From Candidatus Eiseniibacteriota bacterium (GTDB lineage Bacteria > Eisenbacteria > RBG-16-71-46 > DASYSL01): DNA of 47,432 bases. Below are positions 1 to 10,527 of the stretch, piece by piece. Position 1 is the first letter of the stretch. Every line of letters starts with the position of its first letter. The stretch spans positions 1-47,432 of the forward strand of contig JBKJJJ010000095.1 in assembly GCA_046598045.1 (NCBI GenBank), given 5' to 3'. Below the pieces are notes generated by a model, which saw only the letters and a program-made list of their open reading frames with translations, had not been told where the DNA came from and did no database searches. The translations under genes and the position numbers were made by a program.

Positions 1-2
1 GG

Positions 3-1154
3 GAAATTCCGCTGGTCGAGCTTTGGCACGGCACGTTCGAACCGATGGCGCGCGCGGCCACCAACTCGTTCCTCGCGCCGGACCGGGTCGCGCCCGGGGC
101 CGCCGCCGGGACGCTGGCGCGCGCCCTGGCGGCGCACGCGCGCTGGAAGGACTTCTTCGCGCAACGCGTGACCGGGTCCGCTGCGGAGGGCGCACGCGAG
201 GTCGGGATCGAGGATTCCGACTGGGATGCGCTCGCGGGCGACACCCCGCCGCCGCGTTTCGCCTGTGGCGTCCTGTTCCAGGGGATCGACATGGAGGAGC
301 GGTCCGGGCCCGCCCGCGTGGTCTGGAACGCGCTCTATGGCGCGGGCCTGGCGACCGCGCGCCTGGCCGACCTCCATCGCGCACAGGACGGCGGCGTGCC
401 GGGCTCGCTCGTGGATGACCTGCGAGAGGGCTGGGCCTGGCTCGGCCAGGAGGGCGCCATTGTCGCCGAAATTCCCTTCGGTCACGCGGGGCGAACGGCC
501 AACGCCGGGCTCCGGCCGCGCGTGTTCGACTACGAGATCGGCCTGCCGGGAGAAATTCCCGCGGGCTCATCGGTGCTGCCGCTCTCCGATCTCGTCATCC
601 GATACGACACCCGCGAGGCGCGCTTCATCGTGCGCTCCCGGCGGCTCGATCGACGGGTCGTTCCCGTCCTGCCGAACGGGCTCAGCCCGGAAGGGGTCAT
701 CGCGTTCCTCGTGGCCGTGGGGCAGCAGGACCTGCAGCCGCTGGCCCTGTTCCCGGAGTGCGACGCAGCGCGCCACGGACCGTTCCCGCGCGTGGTCAGC
801 GGTGCGACCGTCCTGTTTCGTCGCCGGTTTCGACTGGAGGCGAGCGCGGCGCGCGCCGCGTTCGCACCGTCGGCCGACGAGCGCGACTGTCACGCGGCCG
901 CGCTGCGCTGGCAACTCGAGACCGGCGCGCCGCGTCACGTGTTCGTCGCCACCGACCAGGAGACGAAGCCCCTGTACGTCGATTTCGACTCTCCCGCGCT
1001 GACCCGGACCCTGTCCGAGGCGGCGCGCGCCGGGAGTCCGGTCACGGTTCGCGAGATGCTGCCCGGACCCGGCGACGGCTGGGCGCCGCGCGGGCGGGAA
1101 GCGCACGCCCTCGAGTTCCTGGCGCACCTGCGCTTCACGGGGCCGCCGGCTTGA
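3..1154 (+). CDS. Lantibiotic dehydratase (LanB-type glutamylation domain), C-terminal part; 5'-truncated by window edge
   Basis: Frame is open from the window start (GAA ATT CCG... = EIPLVELW) through ORF 45..1154. Motifs [63 protein letters not shown] and [12 protein letters not shown] are typical of the end of the Lant_dehydr_N domain. It stops without an elimination domain. Confidence 0.8.
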   Translation, partial: EIPLVELWHGTFEPMARAATNSFLAPDRVAPGAAAGTLARALAAHARWKDFFAQRVTGSAAEGAREVGIEDSDWDALAGDTPPPRFACGVLFQGIDMEERSGPARVVWNALYGAGLATARLADLHRAQDGGVPGSLVDDLREGWAWLGQEGAIVAEIPFGHAGRTANAGLRPRVFDYEIGLPGEIPAGSSVLPLSDLVIRYDTREARFIVRSRRLDRRVVPVLPNGLSPEGVIAFLVAVGQQDLQPLALFPECDAARHGPFPRVVSGATVLFRRRFRLEASAARAAFAPSADERDCHAAALRWQLETGAPRHVFVATDQETKPLYVDFDSPALTRTLSEAARAGSPVTVREMLPGPGDGWAPRGREAHALEFLAHLRFTGPPA

Positions 1155-1179
1155 CAAGCGCCGGATCGCCGGGGAACAT
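1151..1179 (+). promoter_or_regulatory. Putative sigma70 promoter for purE (possibly leaderless)
   Basis: TTGACA (1151-1156), 17 nt, weak -10 GAACAT (1174-1179), then ATG 6 nt later. Confidence 0.35.
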
Positions 1180-1185
1180 GCGGCC

Positions 1186-1686
1186 ATGAAGCCCGTCGAT
1201 CGTTCGCCCGCCTCCGCCCCGCTCGTCGGCGTGATCATGGGCAGTGCGTCCGACCAGGAGACGCTCGAGCCCGCGCTCGAGCTGCTCGAGGAGCTCGGGA
1301 TCCCGCACGAGAGCCGGATCGTGTCCGCGCACCGCACCCCCGACTGGATGTTCGAATACGCCGAGACGGCCGAGGCGCGCGGGCTGCTCGTGATCATCGC
1401 GGCGGCGGGGGGCGCGGCCCACCTGCCCGGCATGACCGCGGCGAAGACCGTGTTGCCCGTGCTCGGCGTCCCCGTGGCGGCGACGGCGCTCGGTGGCGTG
1501 GACGCGTTCCTCTCGATCGTGCAGATGCCCAAAGGCGTTCCCGTCGGCACGCTCGCGATCGGCAAGCCCGGGGCGGCGAACGCGGCGCTGCTCGCCGCGC
1601 GCATCGTCGGCGTCGTGCACCCCGAGGTGCGTGAGCGCCTGAGGGCGTGGACCGCCGCCCGGCGCGACGAGGTGCTCGGGGCGTGA
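1186..1686 (+). CDS. purE: N5-carboxyaminoimidazole ribonucleotide mutase
   Basis: [29 protein letters not shown] and [11 protein letters not shown] motifs. Confidence 0.97.
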   Translation: MKPVDRSPASAPLVGVIMGSASDQETLEPALELLEELGIPHESRIVSAHRTPDWMFEYAETAEARGLLVIIAAAGGAAHLPGMTAAKTVLPVLGVPVAATALGGVDAFLSIVQMPKGVPVGTLAIGKPGAANAALLAARIVGVVHPEVRERLRAWTAARRDEVLGA

Positions 1687-2810
1687 TCCCACCCGGCGGC
1701 ACGATCGGGATCCTTGGCGGGGGACAACTCGGACGCATGACCGCGCTCGCCGCGCGCCCACTCGGCTACAGGGTGCACGTGCTCGACCCGGATCCGGCGT
1801 GCGCCGCCGCCCCGGTGGTCGAGCGCGTGGTCGCCGCTGCGTTCGACGACGCCGAGGCGTTCGCCGAACTGGCGCGCGGTGTCGACGTGGTCACGCTCGA
1901 AATCGAAAAGCTGGGCCTGGATGCGCTGCGCGCGGCCGAGGCGCACGCGCCGGTCCGGCCGTCGCCGGCCGCGCTGCGCATCGTGCAGGACCGCCTGCGG
2001 CAGAAGCGCTGGCTGGTCGAGCACGGTTTCCCGGTGGGGCCATTCCGCGAGGCGTTCGACGAGGACTCGTTCGCCGGCGCGACGCGCGCGTTCGGCGGGC
2101 GCGTGTTCGCGAAGTCGAACTTCGGCGGCTACGACGGGCGCGGCCAGGCGCGGCTCGAGGCTTCTGCCGCCGCGCCGGCGGGCTGGCGCGCGGTCGGGGA
2201 GGCGCCGTGCGTGGTCGAGGAGGCGCTCGACCTCGGCGCCGAGCTGTCGGTGATGGTCGTGCGCGGGCCCGGGGGCGAGTCGGCGGTCTACCCGGCGGCG
2301 CGCAACCACCACGAACGCCAGGTGCTGGCATGGTCGTCGTTGCCGGGCGACTTCGCGCCGGCGCTCGAGCGCGAGGCGAGGAATCTCGCGCATGCGATCG
2401 CCACCTCGCTCGACGTCGTCGGGCTGCTCTGCGTCGAACTGTTCCACACGACGGACGGCCGCCTGCTGGTCAACGAACTCGCCCCGAGGCCGCACAACAG
2501 CTACCACGCGAGCGCGGCCGCGTGCGTCACCGGGCAGTTCGAGCAGCTCGTGCGCGCGGTCTGCGGGCTGCCGCTCGGCGCGACCGACATCGTGCGCCCG
2601 GCGGCGATCGTCAACCTGCTCGGCGACCTGTGGCAGGGCGGCAAGGTACCGGCGTTCGAGCGGGCGCTCGCGCTGCCGGGCGTGACGCTCACGCTCTACG
2701 GCAAAGGCGATCCCCGTCCGGGCCGCAAGATGGGGCACCTCACCGCGCTCGGCACGACCCCGCACGAGGCGCGGGCGCGGGCGCTCGAAGGGTTCGGGCG
2801 GCTGGGGTAG
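1683..2810 (+). CDS. purK: N5-carboxyaminoimidazole ribonucleotide synthase (ATP-grasp)
   Basis: GTG start overlapping the purE stop (GTGA); [41 protein letters not shown]. Confidence 0.96.
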   Translation: MIPPGGTIGILGGGQLGRMTALAARPLGYRVHVLDPDPACAAAPVVERVVAAAFDDAEAFAELARGVDVVTLEIEKLGLDALRAAEAHAPVRPSPAALRIVQDRLRQKRWLVEHGFPVGPFREAFDEDSFAGATRAFGGRVFAKSNFGGYDGRGQARLEASAAAPAGWRAVGEAPCVVEEALDLGAELSVMVVRGPGGESAVYPAARNHHERQVLAWSSLPGDFAPALEREARNLAHAIATSLDVVGLLCVELFHTTDGRLLVNELAPRPHNSYHASAAACVTGQFEQLVRAVCGLPLGATDIVRPAAIVNLLGDLWQGGKVPAFERALALPGVTLTLYGKGDPRPGRKMGHLTALGTTPHEARARALEGFGRLG

Positions 2811-2881
2811 CGTTCCCGCTTAAACGCTTCCGAAGTTGCGATTTACAAGCGTTTCTCCCCGTGGTAAGAACTCCTCGTCCT

Positions 2882-2897
2882 TGGCACGCCCACCGCA
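2882..2897 (+). promoter_or_regulatory. Putative sigma54 (-24/-12) promoter of the icd-pnt operon
   Basis: TGGCACGCCCACCGCA: GG-N10-GC with a perfect TGGCACG -24 box, ~40 nt before the icd ATG; 8-bp inverted repeat AAACGCTT/AAGCGTTT (2822-2854) just upstream. Confidence 0.5.
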
Positions 2898-2937
2898 CGC
2901 ACAGCCCGGCCCGCCGCGCCGGGAAGGAGCCCCCTTC

Positions 2938-4404
2938 ATGTCTCAGTTCCACCTCACCGACACCGGCAAGAAGCTCGTCACGTTCATCCCCGGTGACGGC
3001 ATCGGCGCCGAGGTCACCGGCTCGGCGCGCAAGATCATCGAGGCCTCGGGCGCCGCCGTCGCGTGGGAGGACCGCGAAGCGGGCGCCAGCGTGTTCAAGC
3101 AGGGGCTGCCCTCGGGTGTGCCGCAGAGCACGATCGACTCGATCAAGAAGACCCGGGTCGCGCTCAAGGGCCCGCTCGAGACGCCGGTCGGCTTCGGCGA
3201 GAAGAGCGCGAACGTCACCCTGCGCAAGCTGTTCGAGACCTACGGAAACATCCGTCCGGTGCGCACGCTCCCGGGCGTGCCGACGCCGTTCTCGAACAAG
3301 GCGATCGACCTCGTGGTCGTGCGCGAAAACGTCGAGGACCTCTACGCCGGCATCGAGTACATGCAGACGCCGGGCGTGGCCGAGGCGCTCAAGCTGATCT
3401 CGCGCAAGGGCTGCGAAAAGATCGTGCGCCTGGGCTTCGAGATCGCGCGCGCCGAGGGCCGCAAGAAGGTCCACGTGGCGACCAAGTCGAACATCATGAA
3501 GATGACCGAGGGCACGCTCAAGCGGACGTTCGAGGCGATCGCGCCCGAGTATCCCGGGATCGAGGCCCAGCACATCATCGTCGACAATTGCGCGCACCAG
3601 CTGGTGCGCTTCCCCGAGTGGTTCGACGTCATCATCATGACCAACATGAATGGCGACATCCTCTCGGACATGACCTCGGGCCTGATCGGCGGGCTGGGCT
3701 TCGCGCCGTCGGCGAACCTCGGCACGGACTACGCGATCTTCGAGGCCGTCCACGGCTCGGCGCCGAAGTACGCGGGCAAGAACACGATCAACCCGACGGC
3801 CGTGATCTTCGCCGCCGTGATGATGCTGCGCCGGCTCGAGGAGTTCGCCGCCGCGGCCGCGATCGAGAACTCGATCATCTTCACGCTCGAGGAGGGCAAG
3901 TTCCGCACGCGCGACATCGTGGGCGATGCGGGCTCGGTCTCGACCACGGCCTACACCGACGCGATCATCGCGAACCTCGGCAGGAAGCCCTCGCGCGCGT
4001 TCGTGCGCGACTACCAGGCGATCAAGATGCCCCAGGTCTCCGCGGCGCCGGACTTCGTCAAGGTCACGGAGCGCAAGGTCGCCGGCGCGGACGTGTACGT
4101 CGAGTGGGCGGGCACGGTCGACGCGCTCGGGCAGGGCCTCGAACAGGCAGTCTCCGGCTCCGCGTTCAAGCTCCACATGGTGTCGAGCCGCGGCACGAAG
4201 CTCTACCCGGGCGGCAGCGCGATCACCGACACGGTCGACGCGTTCACCGGCCGTTTCATGAAGCAGGACGGCGGCGACACGACCGACGCCGAGATCCTCG
4301 ACCTGCTCGCGCGCGTGGGCGCGAAGGCGCGCTGGTCGCACGTCGAAAAGCTCAACGTGTTCGACGGCGCGCTCGGCTACACCAAGGCGCAGGGCGAGGA
4401 CTAG
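2938..4404 (+). CDS. icd: Isocitrate dehydrogenase, probably NADP-dependent, with C-terminal extension domain
   Basis: RBS GAAGGAG before ATG 2938; IPGDGIG, LKGPLETPVG.GEKSANVTLRK, NMNGDILSD, EAVHGSAPKYAG; C-terminus ..YTKAQGED. Confidence 0.93.
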   Translation: MSQFHLTDTGKKLVTFIPGDGIGAEVTGSARKIIEASGAAVAWEDREAGASVFKQGLPSGVPQSTIDSIKKTRVALKGPLETPVGFGEKSANVTLRKLFETYGNIRPVRTLPGVPTPFSNKAIDLVVVRENVEDLYAGIEYMQTPGVAEALKLISRKGCEKIVRLGFEIARAEGRKKVHVATKSNIMKMTEGTLKRTFEAIAPEYPGIEAQHIIVDNCAHQLVRFPEWFDVIIMTNMNGDILSDMTSGLIGGLGFAPSANLGTDYAIFEAVHGSAPKYAGKNTINPTAVIFAAVMMLRRLEEFAAAAAIENSIIFTLEEGKFRTRDIVGDAGSVSTTAYTDAIIANLGRKPSRAFVRDYQAIKMPQVSAAPDFVKVTERKVAGADVYVEWAGTVDALGQGLEQAVSGSAFKLHMVSSRGTKLYPGGSAITDTVDAFTGRFMKQDGGDTTDAEILDLLARVGAKARWSHVEKLNVFDGALGYTKAQGED

Positions 4405-4411
4405 AAAGCCT

Positions 4412-5584
4412 TTGCTCACCGCCATCGTCCTGCGCGAGACCGCTCCCCTCGAGACCCGGGTCGCGCTCGTTCCCGAGACGCTCGCCCGGCTGATCAAGGC
4501 CGGGCTCGCCGTGCGCGTGGAATCGGGCGCAGGGGAACTCGCGGGTTTCCCGGACGCGGCCTATGCCGAGGCGGGGGCGGGCGTCCTGGCCGATCGCGCG
4601 ACGCTGCTCTCTGCCGCGGACATCCTGGTCGCGGTGCGCGAGCCGACCGAGGCGATGATCGACGGACTCAAGCCGGGCGCGATCGTGCTCGGGTTCCTGC
4701 GCCCCGGCGGGAACGCGGCGCTGCTCGAGCGCATGGCCGCGCGCGGCATTCATGGCTTCGCGCTCGAGCGCGTGCCGCGCACGTCGCGCGCGCAGAAGAT
4801 GGACGCGCTCTCCTCGATGAGCACGGTCGCCGGCTACCGCGCGGTGCTGCTCGCCGCGGCCCGCCTCCCGCGCTTCTTCCCGCTCCTCATGACCGCGGCC
4901 GGCACGATCCCGCCGGCGCGTCTTTTCGTGCTCGGCGCCGGCGTCGCCGGCCTGACCGCGATCGCGACCGCGCGCCGCCTCGGCGCCGTGGTCGAGGCCT
5001 TCGACGTGCGCCCCGCGGTGCGCGAGGAGGTCGAGAGCCTGGGCGCGACGTTCGTCTCGGCACATGAGCCACGCGCCGAGGGCCCGAAGCCGAATCCCCT
5101 CGACGTCGAACTCGGGGCGGTGGCGAGCGTCGGCGGGGCCGGGGGCTCGGGCGCGTACGCCGGGCAACTCTCGGCCGAGGAAGAGAAGCGGGAGCGCGAC
5201 GTGCTCGCGCGCCACATCGCCACCTCCGACGTCGTGATCACCACGGCCGTCGTCCCGGACAGGAAGGCCCCGCTCCTGATCACCTCGGACATGGTGCGTG
5301 CGATGAAGCCGGGCGCCGTGATCGTGGACCTCGCGGCCGAGTCGGGCGGCAACTGCGAGTTGACGCGGGCGGGCGAGGACGTGCTCGCGTTCGGAGTGCA
5401 CGTGCTCGGCCCCGTCAACCTGCCCGCGTCGTTGCCCGGCCACGCCAGCCAGATGCTTTCGCGCAACCTGAGCGCGCTGCTGCTCCACCTCGTGGACGCG
5501 GGCGCGCTCAAGCTCGACTTCACGGACGACATCACCGCCGGCGCGTGCGTGGCGCGGCCCCGCCCGGCGGGCGAGGCCGCGTGA
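4412..5584 (+). CDS. pntAA: NAD(P) transhydrogenase subunit alpha part 1
   Basis: ETRVALVP, PRTSRAQKMDALSSM, GAGVAGL, IVDLAAESGGNCE; TTG start. Confidence 0.93.
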   Translation: MLTAIVLRETAPLETRVALVPETLARLIKAGLAVRVESGAGELAGFPDAAYAEAGAGVLADRATLLSAADILVAVREPTEAMIDGLKPGAIVLGFLRPGGNAALLERMAARGIHGFALERVPRTSRAQKMDALSSMSTVAGYRAVLLAAARLPRFFPLLMTAAGTIPPARLFVLGAGVAGLTAIATARRLGAVVEAFDVRPAVREEVESLGATFVSAHEPRAEGPKPNPLDVELGAVASVGGAGGSGAYAGQLSAEEEKRERDVLARHIATSDVVITTAVVPDRKAPLLITSDMVRAMKPGAVIVDLAAESGGNCELTRAGEDVLAFGVHVLGPVNLPASLPGHASQMLSRNLSALLLHLVDAGALKLDFTDDITAGACVARPRPAGEAA

Positions 5585-5880
5585 ACGCCGACCTGCTGAC
5601 GCTGCTGACGATCCTCGCGCTCGCGGTGTTCGTGGGCATCGAGGTCATCTCCAAGGTCCCCGTGGTGCTGCATACGCCGCTGATGTCGGGCACGAACGCG
5701 ATCCACGGGATCGTGGTGGTGGGGGCGATCGTGGTCCTCGCGCACACGACCGACCCCTGGGTCGCTACGCTCGGCTTCATCGGGGTCGTGTTCGGCGCGG
5801 CGAACCTCGTGGGCGGGCTGCTCGTGACCGACCGCATGCTCGCGCTCTTCAAGAAGAAGAAAGCGCCGGGTCCCCGGTGA
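5581..5880 (+). CDS. pntAB: NAD(P) transhydrogenase subunit alpha part 2 (membrane)
   Basis: GTG start overlapping the pntAA stop; LHTPLMSGTNAIHG, NLVGGLLVTDRML. Confidence 0.93.
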   Translation: MNADLLTLLTILALAVFVGIEVISKVPVVLHTPLMSGTNAIHGIVVVGAIVVLAHTTDPWVATLGFIGVVFGAANLVGGLLVTDRMLALFKKKKAPGPR

Positions 5881-7241
5881 TCCTCCAGCGCGTCCTCTAC
5901 CTCGCGGCGGCGATCCTCGTCATCCTCGGGCTCAAGAGCCTGAGCTCGCCGGCGACGGCGAAGCACGGCAACACGCTCGCGGGCGTCGGGCTCGGGCTCG
6001 CGGTGCTCGCGACGTTCGTCACCGGCGTGCCGCACAACCTCGTCTGGATCCTCGCCGCACTCGCGATCGGCTCGGCGTTCGGGGCGTGGGGCGCGCGCAC
6101 GGTCCAGATGACCGACATGCCGCAGATGGTCGCGCTGCTCAACGGCCTCGGCGGCGGCGCGGCCGCGCTGGTCTCGGCGGCGGAGTTCCTCGGCGCGTCG
6201 CACGACGGCGGCGTCAGCGTGCTGGTCGGGACGCTGATCGGGGCGGTCTCGTTCTCGGGCAGCCTGGTCGCGTTCGGCAAGCTGCAGGGCCTGCTCTCGG
6301 AGAAGGCGCTCGTGCTCCCGGGTGGCCGCGCGATCCACGGCGCGACGCTCGTGGCCGCGCTCGCGCTCGGCGTGTGGGCGGCGCACGGCGGGGGCACGAC
6401 CGCGTTCGCGCTGTTCGCGCTGGTCGCGCTGCTCCTCGGAGTGGCGATCGTGGTGCCGATCGGCGGCGCCGACATGCCGGTCGTGATCTCGATCCTGAAT
6501 TCGTTCACCGGCCTCGCCGCGGCCGCGACGGGCTTCGTGCTCCAGAACCCCGCGCTCCTGATCTCGGGCACGCTGGTCGGGGCCTCGGGCACGCTCCTGA
6601 CCCAGCTCATGTGCAAGGCCATGAACCGCTCGCTCGGCAACGTGTTGTTCGGCGCGATGGGCGCGGACACCCCGGCCGCCGCCGGCCCGGGCGCGAAGTC
6701 GACCCGGCCCGTGCGCGACCTGTCGGTCGAGGACGCCGCGGTGCTGCTGTCGAACATCAGCTCGCTCATCATCGTCCCCGGCTACGGCATGGCGGTGGCG
6801 CAGGCGCAGCACGTCACGCGCGAACTGGCCGACCTGCTGGCGGCGCGCGGCGTCGACGTCAAGTACGCGATCCACCCGGTGGCGGGTCGGATGCCCGGCC
6901 ACATGAACGTGCTGCTCGCCGAGGCGAACGTGCCCTACAGCCAGCTCTTCGACCTCGAGCAGATCAACGCCGAGTTCGAGCGCACGGACGTGGCGCTCGT
7001 GATCGGGGCGAACGACGTGGTCAACCCGGCCGCCCGGCACGACAGGGCGAGCCCGATCTACGGGATGCCGATCCTCGACGCCGACAAGGCGCGCCATGTC
7101 CTCCTGATCAAACGCAGTCTCAACGCGGGTTTCGCCGGCATCGATAACGAGCTCTACTACGACCCCCGGACGACGTTCCTGTTCGGGGACGCGCGCCAGG
7201 TCCTGACCAAACTTGTGGAGGAATTGAAAAGCACGGCCTGA
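5877..7241 (+). CDS. pntB: NAD(P) transhydrogenase subunit beta
   Basis: MPQMVALLNG.GG, IGGADMPVVIS.LNS, PGYGMAVAQAQ, HPVAGRMPGHMNVLLAE, GANDVVNPAA. Confidence 0.96.
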   Translation: MILQRVLYLAAAILVILGLKSLSSPATAKHGNTLAGVGLGLAVLATFVTGVPHNLVWILAALAIGSAFGAWGARTVQMTDMPQMVALLNGLGGGAAALVSAAEFLGASHDGGVSVLVGTLIGAVSFSGSLVAFGKLQGLLSEKALVLPGGRAIHGATLVAALALGVWAAHGGGTTAFALFALVALLLGVAIVVPIGGADMPVVISILNSFTGLAAAATGFVLQNPALLISGTLVGASGTLLTQLMCKAMNRSLGNVLFGAMGADTPAAAGPGAKSTRPVRDLSVEDAAVLLSNISSLIIVPGYGMAVAQAQHVTRELADLLAARGVDVKYAIHPVAGRMPGHMNVLLAEANVPYSQLFDLEQINAEFERTDVALVIGANDVVNPAARHDRASPIYGMPILDADKARHVLLIKRSLNAGFAGIDNELYYDPRTTFLFGDARQVLTKLVEELKSTA

Positions 7242-7362
7242 CCGGCGCGATTTCGGCTGGCAGGGAGCGCGCTCCCGGCTACACTTCGCCCCCTCCGGAC
7301 AACGCGGTCCGCCCGGCCCGACGCCGTCCGCCGACATCCCCCAAGTCCAGGAACGTCTGCCC

Positions 7363-10300
7363 ATGAAGAGTGCGTGGCTTTCCCCCGTCTTCGCCGTCGC
7401 CCTGGTCGCGCCTGCGCTCGCCCTCGCCGACTCGCCGCTCGTGCCGCCCGCCGGCATTCGCGAGAGCACCCCCAGGATCCAGGCGTTCGTCCATGCGCGG
7501 ATCATGGTCGCGCCCGGCCGCGTGATCGAGCGCGGCACGCTGGTCGCGCGCAATGGCGTGATCGAGGCCGTTGGCGCCGCGGTGCGCGCGCCTGCCGACG
7601 CGCAGGTGATCGACCTCGAGGGCTACACGCTGTATCCGGGGTTCCTCGACGCGGCGGTCGAGATGGGTCCGGGCGCCTCGGGCGCCGGGCCGGCGCGCAG
7701 CCCGCAGGGATTCGACGGCGCGGGCGGGGCGGCCGTGCCGCCACCACCGCGCCTGACGCAGGGCGCGAATTACTGGAGCCGCTACATCACCCCGGAGCTC
7801 GCGATCGAGAAGGCTCTCGGTCCCGACAGTCTCGCCGGCGGGACGCCGCGCCGCCTGCGCACGCAGGGCGTAACCGACATCGTGGCCGTACCGTCGAAGG
7901 GTGTGATCAAGGGGACGAGCGCGGTCCTCGCGCTTTCGGAGGACGGTTTCTCCGGCGCGCTGATCCAGCCGCGCGCCGCGCTCCACGTGAGCTTCGAGTC
8001 CCCGGTGCCGCCGGGGGTCGAGGATTACCCGGCCTCGCGCATGGGCGCCTACACGCTCGCGCGCCAGGCGTTCTACGACGCCGAGTGGCAACGCCGCGCG
8101 ACGCTCGCCGCGAAGGGCCTGCGCGGCGTGACCGTCGAGCCGAGCGCGACGCTCGACGCGCTCTCGGGCTGGTCGGCCGGCGCCGCGCCCGTGGTGATCG
8201 ACGCGTTCGACGAGCAGGACGCGCTGCGCGCCGATCGCTTCGGCAGGGAGTTCGCGCTGCCGGTCGTGATTCGCGGCTCGGGCCGCGAGTACAAGCGCTT
8301 GGGCGAGGTCAAGGCGACGGGCCGCGGAGTGATCGTGCCGGTGTCGTTCCCGCGGCCGCCGCTCGTGGACACGCCGGAGCTGGCGGTGAACAACTCGCTC
8401 GAGGAACTCGAGCACTGGGACCTCGCGCCCGAGAACCCAGGGCGTCTCGCGGCTGCCGGGATCAAGATGGCGCTCTCCTCGGACCGCCTCGAGGACAAGC
8501 GCGAGTTTCTCGCCGGCGTGCGCAAGGCGGTCGAGCGCGGTCTCACGGAGGACGCCGCGCTGGCCGCGCTCACCACGACGCCCGCCGCGATGTTCGGCGT
8601 GGGCGACCGCCTGGGCACGCTCGAGGCGGGCAAGCTCGCCCACCTGCTGGTGACCGACGGCGACGTGTTCAGCAAGCGGACGCACGTGCGCGAGGTGTGG
8701 ATCGGCGGGCGGCGCTACGACGCACGGCCAAGGCCGGAGTTCGATGCGCGGGGGACGTGGGAATTCCGCCCCGTCTCGGAAATTGCGATGGAGGGCCCTC
8801 CGCGGCTGAAACTGGACGGCCTCGCGGATTCGCTCGGGGGCGCCATGTTCTCCGTGCGGAACCCCACAGGAGAGATCAAGCTCAAGCGCGCAGAGATCCT
8901 CGGGAGCCAACTCTTCCTGAACGCACCGGCCGATTCCCTCCTCTACCCGCCTCAGAAGGGGGTCGTTCGTATCTCTGCCACGGTGGAAGGCGATACAATG
9001 CGTGGTGAGTTCATGTTTCCGGATGGCACGTCATCCGAGTTCCTCGCCACCCGCACCGCCCCGTTCGTCGCGCCGCCGGACACCGCGCGCGCTCCGGTCC
9101 CGCTCCGGGTGCCCTATCCCATGACCTACCCGATGGGCGAGTCCGGCTGGTCCACCCCGCCCGCGCAACCGGCCGCGGTCGCTTTCACGCACGCGACCGT
9201 GTGGACGAGCGGTCCGCGCGGCAATCTCGAGGACGCGACCGTGCTCGTGCGCGCGGGCAGGATCGTAGCGGTCGGCAAGGACGTGAGGGTGCCATCCGGC
9301 GCGGTCGTGGTCGACGCGCACGGGGAGCATCTCACCGCCGGCCTGATCGACTGCCACTCCCACACCGCGACCGATGGCGGGATCAACGAGGCCGGGCAGA
9401 CCATCAGCGCCGAGGTCCGAATCGGCGACTTCATCGACGCCAATGACATCAACATCTACCGCGAGCTCGCGGGCGGACTGACCGCGGCCCACGTGCTTCA
9501 CGGCTCGGCGAACGCGATCGGCGGCCAGTGCCAGCTCATCAAGCTGCGCTGGGGGCTCGCGCCCGAGGGCATGAAGTTCGAGGGCTTCCGGCCCACGATC
9601 AAGTTCGCGCTCGGCGAGAACGTCAAGCAGGCCAACTGGGGCGAGCGGTTCGTCACGCGCTACCCGCAGACCCGCATGGGGGTCGAGCAGCTGATCCGCG
9701 ACGAGTTCGAGGCGGCGCGCGAGTACCAGGACACGTGGCGGCGCGGCAAGGACGCGCGCGGGCTGCCGCCGCGCCGCGATCTCGAGCTCGATGCGATCGC
9801 CGAGATCCTGCGCGGCGAGCGCACGATCCACTGCCACTCCTACCGCCAGGACGAGATCCTGATGCTGATGCACCTGTGCGACGAGTTCCACGTGCCGCTG
9901 GGCACGTTCCAGCACATCCTCGAGGGCTACAAGGTGGCCGACGAGATGGCGAAGCGCAAGATCGGCGGCTCCACGTTCAGCGACTGGTGGGCGTACAAGA
10001 ACGAGGTCCAGGACGCGATTCCGCAGAACGGCCCGATCATGCACGACGTGGGCGTCGTGGTGTCCTACAACTCGGACTCCAACGAGCTCGCGCGCCGGCT
10101 CAACAGCGAGGCCGGAAAGGCCACGAAGTACGGGACGCTCTCGGACGAGGAGGCGCTCAAGTTCGTGACCATCAATCCGGCGATCCAGCTCAAGGTCCAG
10201 GACCGCGTGGGATCGATCGAGGTGGGCAAGGACGCGGACCTCGCGCTGTGGAACGGGCCGCCGCTCTCGCCGCGCTCGCGTTGCGAGCAAACGTGGATCG

Positions 10301-10527
10301 ACGGCCGCAAGTACTTCGACCGCGGCGAGGACCTCACGCGCCGCGCCTTTGAGGCGAAGCTGCGCGCCGCGCTCGAGCAGCGCGTGTTGCTCGAATCCGA
10401 TCCCGGAGGCGGCAACGCCGGTGGCGGCATGCGCCGCGGGCCGCGCGAGGACGTGTACGACGGGCACGAGGCGGACGACGGCGACGACGACACGCGGGGC
10501 GAGTGCGCCGAAGGACGTGCGCGATGA
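7363..10527 (+). CDS. Secreted amidohydrolase-family protein with two amidohydrolase-related domains
   Basis: N-terminal signal peptide; domain 1 LYPGFLDAA (no HxH) ... GTLEAGKLAHL; domain 2 GLIDCHSH, IHCHSYRQDE, TFQHILEGYK, GSIEVGKDADL. Confidence 0.85.
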   Translation: MKSAWLSPVFAVALVAPALALADSPLVPPAGIRESTPRIQAFVHARIMVAPGRVIERGTLVARNGVIEAVGAAVRAPADAQVIDLEGYTLYPGFLDAAVEMGPGASGAGPARSPQGFDGAGGAAVPPPPRLTQGANYWSRYITPELAIEKALGPDSLAGGTPRRLRTQGVTDIVAVPSKGVIKGTSAVLALSEDGFSGALIQPRAALHVSFESPVPPGVEDYPASRMGAYTLARQAFYDAEWQRRATLAAKGLRGVTVEPSATLDALSGWSAGAAPVVIDAFDEQDALRADRFGREFALPVVIRGSGREYKRLGEVKATGRGVIVPVSFPRPPLVDTPELAVNNSLEELEHWDLAPENPGRLAAAGIKMALSSDRLEDKREFLAGVRKAVERGLTEDAALAALTTTPAAMFGVGDRLGTLEAGKLAHLLVTDGDVFSKRTHVREVWIGGRRYDARPRPEFDARGTWEFRPVSEIAMEGPPRLKLDGLADSLGGAMFSVRNPTGEIKLKRAEILGSQLFLNAPADSLLYPPQKGVVRISATVEGDTMRGEFMFPDGTSSEFLATRTAPFVAPPDTARAPVPLRVPYPMTYPMGESGWSTPPAQPAAVAFTHATVWTSGPRGNLEDATVLVRAGRIVAVGKDVRVPSGAVVVDAHGEHLTAGLIDCHSHTATDGGINEAGQTISAEVRIGDFIDANDINIYRELAGGLTAAHVLHGSANAIGGQCQLIKLRWGLAPEGMKFEGFRPTIKFALGENVKQANWGERFVTRYPQTRMGVEQLIRDEFEAAREYQDTWRRGKDARGLPPRRDLELDAIAEILRGERTIHCHSYRQDEILMLMHLCDEFHVPLGTFQHILEGYKVADEMAKRKIGGSTFSDWWAYKNEVQDAIPQNGPIMHDVGVVVSYNSDSNELARRLNSEAGKATKYGTLSDEEALKFVTINPAIQLKVQDRVGSIEVGKDADLALWNGPPLSPRSRCEQTWIDGRKYFDRGEDLTRRAFEAKLRAALEQRVLLESDPGGGNAGGGMRRGPREDVYDGHEADDGDDDTRGECAEGRAR

